Shown here piece by piece: positions 25,172-37,394 of a stretch of DNA of 64,000 bases. The stretch covers positions 37,386,001-37,450,000 of the forward strand of contig OZ024742.1 in NCBI GenBank assembly GCA_964016885.1. Direction: 5' to 3'. A program made the translations under genes and the position numbers. Every line of letters begins with the position of its first letter. Positions within the stretch are counted from its first letter, which is position 1. This DNA is from Eledone cirrhosa (Eukaryota). Below the pieces are notes generated by a model. That model did no database searches. It saw only the letters and a program-made list of their open reading frames with translations, and was not told the DNA's origin.

Positions 25172-28100
25172 GTAAAATTGATGTATTGTATTATATTTAT
25201 ATACACACAGGGTATTTTCCTCAAATTCATCAAATTTAAAGTTTTGCAAAAGATTACAAGTTTTGTATTTACAAATTGTTAGACCCTACATTACTGGAAA
25301 TATTTACATTTAAAACTGTATGCTATACTTACTATACACAACATGGCACAAGCAAAAGTGAATGACATCAGTTTAACTTTTTATTCATTATTCACATTTC
25401 TTAACTCTTTTAGCATATTCTTTTGGTAAACAAAAGTCAGTTCAGTGTTTATCAAACTACATATTAAATGTAAATACATATGTAATTTGATCAATATCAG
25501 ATAAACTTTTTATTATGAATAATAAGGCATTTGTAGGGGAAACCCTGTATTCTCACAACTACTTTACGATGTGTACTGAGTTAGGATAAGTGTTTCCTGT
25601 ATACCCTGTAAGTGGTTGCTGTTAGGAAGGGCGTCCAGCCATAGAAACCATGCTCCCAATACACATAAAGTGGTTGGTGTTAAGAATGGCATCCAACTGC
25701 AAAAGCCATGCCAAAAATGGAACATTTGAGCTAGACATGGTCACCTGGCTTGTCTAGCCTCAAAGTGTGATGACCCTTCTAACCCATACAAAGATGGAAA
25801 ATAGATGTTAAATGGTGATGATAATGATGATGAACCCTATGTTAAGTTACTATTTTGATAATAAAATAAATCTATTTAGTAAATTCCTCAAAATAGAATG
25901 TATTTCATTATAACTAGGATTGCTGGCCTTGTGCTTATAGTAGAAATGATTATGATCACAATAGAGTTAAATATGATCACAAAAGAGTTAAAACTTCATA
26001 CTTATTCTTCAGCACATCTGTTATTTCTCTACTATTTTCTAGGTACCTACAAGTTAACAGAGCCGTGTAGTGTTGTTCAACCTACACCAGCTGCTACTTT
26101 ATCTCAAATGACAAACTCATCAGACAGAACTTTCATTAACATCAATCGTCCTTTGTATAAGACAAATGAATTTATTAGGACGTTTCAAAAAGAAGATACA
26201 AAACCCAGCTGGCATGTTAAATTGAGCTACTATCTCAAGAATAAGTTAAGATGCACTCAAAAAGATCTTCTAGAGATGTTACCTGTGATTAATGTCATCA
26301 ATACTTACCAGTTGAAAGCATTCCTCCTTGGTGATTTTGTTGCTGGAATTACTGTTGGTTTCATGCAGTTACCTCAAGGTTAGTGGCAGTGTTTGTATGT
26401 ATGTGTATACAACTGGATTTAACTTGGCTGAATGGTTAAGATGTTCACTTTGCAATCATTAAGTACTGGGTTCAATCCTACTGTGTGGCATCTTCTGCAG
26501 GTGTCATTTATCACAGCCTTGAGTCAACTCAAGCCTTGTAGGTGAAAATTGGTAGATGGACGCAGTTTAGAAGTTCATCAAACGAAGTCTACTTATAATT
26601 TAAAGGGACAGCCTTGTCATGCACTCTGTCATTCTGAATATCCCTGGGAATTAAGTTAAGAATATACAGCTCTGTAGAATATTCAGCCACTTACACATTA
26701 ATTCACAAGTAGGCTGTTCCAATGATCGAACATTCTTCTTTAAATCTGATGGAGGTCTATTCCATTCTGGTTCTTTATTTTATGGAGAAAGTGTGTAGCC
26801 TAATGGTTAAAATTTTTGACTCATGATCATAAGGTCATGAGTTTGATTCCTGGTGGTGCATTGTGTCCTTTAGAAAGACACTTTACTTCATGTTGTTCCA
26901 GTCCACTCAGCTGGCAAAAGTGAATTGTACCTGTAATTCAAAGGGCCAACCTCATCACACAATCTGTCATATTGAATCTCTGAGAACTATGCTTAAGGTG
27001 TATGTCTGTGGTACACTCAGAAACTTGTATGTTAATTTCAAAAGCAAGCCATTTCATTGGTCAAACAAGTGGAATATCGGTACCTATGGAGGTCCAATAA
27101 CAACTGTGCACCTTTATGTGTAAATGGGTGCATTTGTGTGTACATTTGTTTGTATGCTGTGTTTATTATGCTTACACCTTTATGAATAAACAGATGTATT
27201 TGTGTATATTTGTATGCCTGTGTTATACATGTGTGTGTGTATTTATGAGTACTGTGTTGGCGTAATGACAGGCATTATGATTATTGAGACTGTGTGGTGT
27301 AAGGTTGTGATAATGTAGTGACAGTGTACTGACAGTACTGAAAGTGTTGTGATGGTGTAATGATAATGCTGTGACAGTGTAGTATTAGTGTTGTGAGCAG
27401 TGTAGTGTCAACCTAGACATTCCTGTTGGTCTATGTACCCAACTTGCCTTTACTAAGATCACAACAAATACTAACGATCATAATTGTTTTCTACCCCCAC
27501 AGGTATGGCCTATGCAATGCTGTCAAATCTTCCCCCAGTCATTGGCCTCTACATGGGATTCTTTCCCGTTGTCTTGTATGCTATCCTCGGAACTTCCAAA
27601 CATCTTTCCATGGGTAAGTTAACTAACTTTTACGTTTCTCTTCCTTTGCCATCCTATTCCTTCACTCTGTTTCTTTCCTTGCTATGATAAAATGCATGTG
27701 TAAAGTGGTTGTGCTAGTGCCATGATAAAATGCACTCAGTATACTCTGTGAAGTGGCTGTCCTAGTGCCATGATAAAACGCACCCAGTACACTCTGTGAA
27801 GTGGTTGTGATAGTGCCATGATAAAATGCACCCAGTACACTGTATAAATTGTTGGTGCTATGTTCTTTGTATACTTTGTAAAGTGTTAATGTTGGTGTCA
27901 TAATAAAATGCACCTAGTACACTCAGTAAAGTGATAGTGTGGGTGCCATGATAAAATGCACCCAATATGCTCTGTAAAATGGTTGACATTAGGAAATGAA
28001 ATTATTTTCTTACATTTGAACCTTTTTTCATAAATATTATCTTGCATAACACTTGATATTAATTGTATCACCTGCTATTTCCATTTACTTTTTAACTCCT

Positions 28101-31100
28101 TGTAATGATTGAGCAGAAATGTCTAAAAGCAGGTTTGTTCATTCAAATGTTTATAGTATCTTTACTAGTTAACAGATTATTGTGAAAATTTACTGTATTA
28201 GAATAATGACGACATTTAATGTGGTGCAGTCATAGAGATATTTTGCACTTTTCAATAATGTCTTATTAATATGTCTTGTTAGTACAGGACATTGAAAGTC
28301 TATCAAATGATACCTTTTAACCAATCTCAAAACTCTTACTCACTCTCATTCATTTTTATTTTCATTCTCATATTTTCACTTACTCTTTTTGTCATTTGAC
28401 CACCTCTTCCTTCTACAGTATCTCATTGTATGTGTGTGAAAGCAAATAAAATCACATAGCAAATTATAATTGAGAGCAATGGATTGGCAGTATTGGTAGG
28501 GCATCAGACAAAATGTTTTAGTTATGACTTTCTACATTCTGAGTTCAATCCCCCCGAGGTCAGCTTTGCCTTTCATCTTCCTGGGGTTGTTAAAACAAAA
28601 TACCAGTTAAATACTAGGGTCGAAGTAATCAACTTTCCCCTTCCCTACAAATTGCAGGTCTTGTGCCAAATGTAGAAACAATCATCATCATCATCTTCAT
28701 CCTGATGATGATGATGAAGAAGAAGAAGCAAATGACAGAGTGGTTAGGGCATCAAATTAAAAATACCTTGGCATTTGTTCTGGCTCACTGCACTCTGTGT
28801 TCCAATCCTGCCAGTGTCAACTTGGCTTTTCATTCTTCCAGGGTCAATAAAATTAAGTACCAGTCAAATACTAAAGTTAATTTCATTGACTTTTTTCCCT
28901 ACTTCAAATTGCTGGCCTTGTACCTAAATTAGAAACCATTATTATTATTATTAAATATAACAACTCTCTTTCTCTCCACATTCTCTTTTTTTCTTCTTTT
29001 TCTTGTCTTGTTATCTCCCCTCCAATTATTTCCAAACACTTTTATTTTTTTTATCACTACCTGACTTTGAAAAGGATGACACCTGCTTGTCTGTTCTTCT
29101 CTCTTTTTCTTCAATACTTACTTTTTTTATGAAAGTCTATATTTCCCTCCTTCTTGCATTACACAACTTGCCTGCACCGTATTTGTCCTGTTTTTAGTCG
29201 TAAGACTTTTTAAAATTATTATTTGCTTATGTACTTACTTTGCTGTCCTAATCGAAAGACACTCCATTGTTTTCCTTTATTTCTATGTCATTGTGTTGTT
29301 TTATAGGTATCTTTTTGGTGACATGTTCAGGCCTTCATGCAGCCTGACCTCAGTGCAATGCAATTCCACCATTATTCACAAAATTACATTTCTAGGGAGT
29401 GACCAATGAGGAAGATAGATATTTTTGTTTGTTTGTCCTTTGTGTTTGGTTTTTTGCCATGCGACTTGTCATATATGTATAATAATCATCATCATTACCT
29501 TTTAACATCCATTTTCCATGCTAGTATCGGTTAGTTGAGTTGTCCCATTTGAGGCAAGTCAGATCAGATGACTGTGTCTTGCACATACAGAACTGTTTCT
29601 GGCTTGATTTCTATGACTGGATGCCCTTCTTAAAACCAACATATTTACAGCGTGGGCTGGGTGCTTTTTATTGTGGCATCAAAATGATCACTTTACAGTG
29701 TGGACTGGAAGCTGGGGTGAGAGGGTGTAAACTTGTGGGTGAAGGTGGGGTGTTAGCACGTGGGAGGTGTATGGAAAGGGGAGGGGAGAGTGGTGCATAC
29801 TGGATGTATGCTTCAATGCGTGCACAGGGGAAGGCAGGTCTTCTGTATTACTGCATAATGCTAGAGGTCTCAATCTTGTGACATCGCCTTTGAGAGTACA
29901 ATTGTGTAAGGTCAGCTTTTATCACCTCATCCCAAGTCTTCCTACTCCATAGCTTCCATCAACTTTGAACACCCTGCATTTTTTTATACAGATGTCATCC
30001 TTCATACACATCACATGCCCATACCAGCACAATCTTCTCTCCTGCACATTGTATCTGATCTCTCTTATGCCCAGTTTCTCTCTCAGTTCATTTACACCTT
30101 GTCATTCATTTATATTACTGTTACACATCCATCAAAGCATGTAAGCCTCATTTCTCTCTAATTTTCGCAGGTCCTCTACCCACAGTGCCCAAGTCTCACT
30201 ATCATGCAACATATATATTATCTGTTCTAATTTTTTTCCTAAGTGACTTGTATCAGTATTTTAATTAAACTCTGATGACACCCACTGTCTATACTCACTA
30301 ATGGCAAATTGTTAAATAAAATGATTTACTATATGTAGCATAACCTGGGTAGAAATAATTGTCAGTTATTAAATGCCTTAAACTCTTAAATTCTTTGGTT
30401 TGTAAACAAACTGTAACTATATATATATACACATCTAATACACGTGTTTTCTCTCGATTCTCAGGTGCCATTGTTGTTGTCTGTTTATTGATTGGTTCAT
30501 TGATAGATGAAAGGTTTGGACCTGATGAAACGTCTGACATGTCTGTGGAGTTTGGGATAAGTCCAGAAAATATCACAAGCTCCCAAGATGAGAAGATTAA
30601 GTTTGCCATGGCTGTATCTGTGATATCTGGTATAACTCAGGTAGGTAAGTTATTTGTGTCTGTGATAACTGATATAACACAGATAGGTAATTTAACTGTG
30701 TTTGTGAAAACTGGTTTAACTCAGGTAGGTAATTTAACTTTGTCTGTGATAATTGGTATATCTCAGGTAATGTAACTGTCTGTGATAATGGTATAACTAA
30801 CATAGGTAATTTAACTGCATCTGTAATAACTGGTGTAACTATGGTAAGTCATTTAATTGTGTCTGTGATAACTGGTTTAACTTATGTAATGTAACTTTCT
30901 GTGATAACTGATATAACTCTTGTAGATAATTTAACTGTTTGTGATAACTGAAATAACGTAGGTAGGTAATTTTACTGTCAGTGAAAACTGATAAAACTCT
31001 TGTAGGTAATTTAACCCTATTCTTCTACCATATTATATTAGAGTGTAGGACAAAGTCCCTTGCAGTATTTGCTTCAGCTCCCTATTCTCTGTATTAAAAT

Positions 31101-34100
31101 ATAACTAAGTTAAAATTTGCCTTTCATTGTTCCAGGATAGATAAAACAAAGCACCAGTTAAAGGCGATGGATTGGTGGAATTATTTGATCCCTTGCGGTA
31201 TTTGTTTCAGCTATTTGCATTCTGAATTCAAACACTGCTGTGGCCTTATTGGATGTTAGACATAATCTGTTGCCCAGTTTAGCATCACCACATAGCCTTT
31301 GGGTGCCTTTAGCAGAGTTCACTCTGTTGTAAGCATTTGAACTAGGTCTCTTGTTTCAGGATACCTTCCCTCCTCACTCCTATTCATCTTGGAGACCATG
31401 AAAATGGTTGACGACACAATCCTTCCCTCCCTGATTAAACAGTAAAAAAACAGGTTGGTTCTTAATGAGTGAGTAATTATGGAGCATTCTTCTAACTAAT
31501 CTAAGAGACTGTCTTTTAACCCTTTTGATATCCAACTGCCTGAAACCACCCTTGGTTTTACAATACAAAACTATTTGTTTTAAAGTTTGATATTTATCTA
31601 AAAACTTTCCATTATAATTCTATGTAAAATCTTTTATGTTCCAAATGCCAGCTCAATAAGGAGAAAGTTAATTATTTAACTAAATCGATTCAAATTCTTG
31701 ATTATTTCCCAAAGTATTTGTAAATCATAACCAGTGTATTTTATTAGAAATATCGTAATGAAAGGGTTACAGTGAGAAGTTTAGAAATACTTGATTATTT
31801 TCAAAAGGATTGAAAAATCATAGATAATGTCTTTCATTTGAAATATTGTAATGAAAGGGTTAAAGTACAGAAGTTTAGGGTTGAAATAAATACAAATATT
31901 TTTGTCCGACTAATGTCTTACTCAATCTTCTCTTTATAGTTATTTATGGGAGTATTAAACATGGGTGTTATAGTTCGACTAATGCCTGACTCTCTTGTAA
32001 GTGGCTTTTCATGTGGTGTATCTATATATATAATCAGTAGCCAATTGAAGTACATTTTAGGACTGAAAACAGAACGTTATACTGGAGTATTCAGTGTACC
32101 AAAGGTGAGTCAAGTAAAAATTGCTATTTCATTCAATGAAAGAGTTTGTTTGATATTCCAATTTAGATGTTTTCTTATTTATATCATATCTCTTTCATCA
32201 TTTGTATCACTATACAGTTTACGTCACAATATATATATATATATATTCATTTATTGTGGCTAAGTGGCTTATTACTCTGGAATTTCACTTGCACACTCAC
32301 AGGATCATCAGATAAGTGTCTTATCTGATGCTCCTGTCATTGCACAGGGGAAACTCCAGAATAACAAGGCTTACCACTTAGCCATAATCAATGACTAATT
32401 AAATTCTAGTTCGGTATTGAGTACTCATTCACACATCTGTCAATAAATAATATATGCATATATATATATATACACACACACACACAGGGTGCATCAGAAA
32501 ATTAACAGGACTTAGTGAGTGGGGTAGAGATTAGCGGGATGCATCACCATGTGATGTAATATCCGGGGAGTATATAACTGCAAACTCAGCATTTTGCAAC
32601 CATTGTATGATTTTACGCGTGCTTTTGTTAACAGCTCTTCAATTTTAGGCTGTTGCGTGATAGGCACAGAGCAACGAACCAACCTGAAGTTTCTGGTCCA
32701 GCTGGGGAAAACTCTGTCAGAGGCACTCAAAATACTGCAGCAAGTTTACGGAGATGAGACAATGTTGCACTGATGGGTTTTCAAGTGGCACAAAAAGTTA
32801 AAAGACGGATGTGAGTATGTGAAAGACAATCCCAGGAATAGAAGGCCTTAAACAAGCAGGACTGAGGCCAACATTGAGTGCTTGAGGCAGGTGGTGCATG
32901 GCAATCGTCAGCTAACTGTTCAACTGATTGCAAGTGAGCTGGGTATGAACCGCAATAGTGTTTGGAAGATTATCACCAAAGATTTGGGTATGTGGAAGAT
33001 TTGCACAAAGGTGATGTCGAAGCTGCTGAATGATGATCAAAAGGAGTGGTATATGCAGGTGTGTCAGGATATCCTTGACCATCTTGAAACTGAACCAGAC
33101 TTTTTCCTTTTCCTCAAGCTGAAGAGGGTCACAAGGGAACCTGTTTTCTGGATATGGAAACCATCTAGAGGCCCATAATGATGGAGCTGTGGAGAGTCTC
33201 AGGATAATCCTTTTGGAAGTGCAAGGAGGTGTGGCAGAGAAGGATGGGAAAGTGTGTTATACTTGAGGGGAATTATTTCAAAGGGAAAACTTGTACTTTT
33301 TAGTTTGGATTTGAAATATGTTTTTTGCGACTCCAGTCCAGTTTCTTTTCTAACGCACCTCGTATATATAGATATATATATCATCATTAATCATCATCAT
33401 TTAACATTCATTTTTCCAAGGTCAGTTCATCTCCAACACAACTTCCTTCCACTCATTGCCTTCCTTTGTCATTTCCCCTGTGGAGTTCAGCATTTTGAGA
33501 TCATCTCTCATCACTACCGCCAAGGTTTTTCTGTGGTCTTCCTCCTCTGCAGCTTATTTCCACTTGGAACTCTTGACATTTCTTTTTTCACCCAAATAAA
33601 TCATCATCATCATCCATACAACAGAATTTTCCTTCTTGCATGCTATATCTGTTTTTTATTCAATGGAAATATACCTTATTTCCCAGCATGGAAGACATTG
33701 TTTTCTTTCCAAAATAATTCTGTAAAATTTACCTTGTTTTTGAGGTCAAAAGTATGTTTGTTATGAGGTTAAACATTTGTTTTTTCAAAATTTAACAACT
33801 CAAAATAGAGTTGTATCCATGACATTGGAGAATCTTCAATGCCAGGAAATGTGATAATTGCCTTGGTCTGATCTGGTGATCAACTCCTTTCCTTTTCCAG
33901 ATGCTTGTGGCAACTGTTCGGCTTCTCCCACAGTGCAACTACCCAGAACTTCTGTTATCACTTGTCGTTATGGTGACTATCTACTTAGTCAAGGTACAGA
34001 TCAATGAAAGATTCAAAAAGCATCTAATTATACCAATTCCCATTGATTTGATCATGGTAAGTTCCATTTATTTCTAGAATCTTTCCTGGGCGTTCTATTG

Positions 34101-37100
34101 TTGTAAGTAGACAGCAATCGCTGTATATAAAAATATAAAATTATATGTAAATTTAGAATGATTTATTTAGTAAAAGAAAACGTTAAAGTTTGATAATAAA
34201 GAAAATATGAAAGAAAATTACACACACACACACAGCCTGCCACCACTCATTGCATTCCTTTGTCATCTTCTCTGTGAAGTTCAGCACTTTCAGATTGCTA
34301 ATAATTTCTCCTGAGGCTTTCCTCTCTTCTTCTATTGTAGCTTTCCTCACTGGCATCTCTTGGCACTTCTTCAACTAGCTATCATCATCCATATGCATCG
34401 CATGTCCATACCAGTGCTCTAGCAGTCATTCTTTTAGTTCATCCATGCTCCATCATTTATACACACTAACATTACATACCCAACAGAGATGCTCCCCTCA
34501 TTTTTCCCCAGCCTCCACATACCATCTGCATTTACTGCTCATGTCTCAATGCCATGCAACATTACACTTCATATGCAGGCATCATACAACATGCCCTTTG
34601 CTCTTTGTTGTCAATAGAAGTAGTAGTTCCCTGAACATTTTTTAACCTGTCTATATTCTAGTTACTATGCTTTCAGACCAACCACCTCCACTGCTAATTA
34701 CACTCAGGAAAAGAAATGATCATATAGTTCTATGGTACCTTTCCAGGATTGGAAAAGTTTTATTTCACTGGTGCTCTTACTACAAACTACTCCTGTGCAT
34801 CTGCCACATGCAATGTCTAGACAGGATCTTGTGTGAGAATTCTCCTTGGACCAATGTGCTATGTCAGACAAAAGCAAATATATTCAGTGCAGGCAAGATT
34901 TCCTTGGTTCACTTTAGCATTAAAGCAAGCATTAGGATCTAATGAATTCTTCAATATTAGCTACCGCTCAGTGCTGCACAATCTGCATTTCCTGGTTCTG
35001 TTGATATAGGGTCTGGATCTTTTCACAATTTTCCAGCTGATGTTGTGTTCCACAGAATCTTGTTTCAGTTTCCAGACAAAACTGAAGAGTTTTGTTGTGT
35101 TCCTTTTCTCCTGGACATGGACGATGTCATATGGTTATAGCACTTTTTGAACTGTCGTTCCGTGAACCCAACATACCGCTTGAGGTTACTGGTGCAGCCT
35201 GTATTTGTTACTTCATCTGTTGCCTCGTAGATTATAGCCTCTTTTTTTACAGATCCTATCTAATGGGCATGTGTCTCTTCCTACAAGAGCACCCAGCTAA
35301 GCTAGGTTGTTCGTTACTTCAGTTTTGAAGTTGGAACTAAAGCTGATCTTAAGGTTATGCCTATTAGATAAGTTCCTGTGTATATGGTTAGCAGAGAAGT
35401 GTTTGTCTATTAGAGCTCGGAATGTTCTGCTGATGTTGGTCTTGACATTCAGCGAGAAGGATGATGTGAATCAGAGTGTATTTTGACTTCTATTTCTCAT
35501 TGGTTGTGTTGGTCTAGGGCTTTAACTAATTTTCTCCTTAAAATTACTATCTTCTTGAGCATTATTGTGAGAGGGGGGGTGCTGGTTGGTTAAATATATC
35601 TCTAAATTTTCCCTATGTTTTTAACTACATTTTTGAACACTAATCGTCTAACCCATGCTAGCATGGAAGATGGACATTAAACGATGACGATGATGAGGAT
35701 GATGATACATCAACTGATCTGGCTTGTCTCACAATGGGATTACTCTTTTAACCCATGCTAGTCTCAAAACCTCTTGAGTGTATTTTGTATTTATACACGT
35801 TGGTGCAGTCACGGTTGCACTGTATTTATGCAGATATAACTTTATCTCTCTCTCTCTATATATATATAGTTTTAAAAAAAAGCTTGCATGGCTAAGTCTT
35901 TAGAATATGAATTCAAAATAGGGAGCACACAAGACAAAGACAAGGGAAAAAAATGGAAAGATGGACAGTCAACCTCTGAAAGTCACTATGGTTTCGGTTT
36001 ATTAAGGTTGATACCCTTCATTCCATTGTACATTGGGACATAACAAAACAAGTAGAGACAAGTTATGCCTTTAGGCAAATTACACAAATTTTATATATAT
36101 CATCATCATCATCATCGTTTAACGTTCATTTTCCATGCTATCATTGGTTAGACGGTTTGTCCCGTTTGAGACAAGTCGGGTCAGGTGAATCATAACAATA
36201 GACCTAGCTCTCATCACAGGTTACCAAAAATTCAAGGACACTTGGATTTGAAGCAATCCACTCGACCATCTTCCTGCTGTCATCAAATGTGCCTCTGTCT
36301 TTGATCTTCATTGAGCACCTTGGGAACAAACTTTGTACATGTTCAGATCGCCATGAATGACTGTGCATAGTGTCCTCAGACACTTCAAATTATTTAGCAA
36401 TCGTCAGAATTGATGCACAATGATCCTCATCCGGAAATTTGCAAATTTTGTTGACCAACTTTGGTGTCCTGATGTCCCTCTTCCTGCCACACCTCTCATT
36501 GTCCTTCACTTACTCCCTGCCCTCCTGGGACCTCTTGTGCCAGTGGAAAACAGTTGCCCGGCTCATGAAAGTTAGTTTGTAAGCAGTTTTGACCATTTCA
36601 TAGGTTTCTGCAGCATTTTTGCCGAGCTTGACATAAAACAACCTCTAAGATGTCTTCATGTCCTGATTGCATTGTGAAACCAGTTGGTTGTGACAAGATG
36701 TGTATTGCAGGTAGTGTTTAAAGTACTGTAGCAGCCCAAACCTTCAACCTGAAAAAAAAAGATTGGGTATGTTAACTTATAACCATATCAATAATGTATT
36801 AAAGTGACAATTACATAAATCAATTAAAAGTGCCTGAAAAGTAAAAGTCCCAAAACTTCTTGAGTTTACACATATCTAAATACAAATTTCCAACAAATTG
36901 AAAAAAATGATAAACATCTTTAATCAATTATCAAAGCAGCATGGTGCATCCAGGGACACTCATGTGTAGTTCAACCACAAAGAAGAATATCTGTATATCA
37001 AGTACAAAATAACAGGTTCATAATGATGCTAGAAATAACACCTATCAAACCTGTCTACAGCAACTCAACAATAAAAGAGTTGATTTGGATAGGGTCCATA

Positions 37101-37331
37101 TCTCCTTGGATTTTATTTTCTTCCAATGTTAGTTGTCTTAATTTACTGAGATAATTAATATTGTTTCTTAGTTCCAGAAACTGCAGTTAAGGACATGATG
37201 TGAGTGAAACTCTCTAGTATTAGTTAGTTTTTTAAATATATATATATAAACATATATATATATATATATATGTTTATATATATATATATGTTTATATATA
37301 TATATATATATATATATGTTTATATATATAT

Positions 37332-37394
<63 letters not shown>

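Noticed and set aside
25898-26042. ORF-track N-terminal extension of SLC26 exon 2
   Set aside because: It lies upstream of a strong acceptor and contains SINE-tail sequence, so it is intronic read-through.
27700-27995. CRISPR-like regular repeats (also 30614-31016)
   Set aside because: The units are contiguous with no unique spacers, the context is eukaryotic and there are no cas genes.
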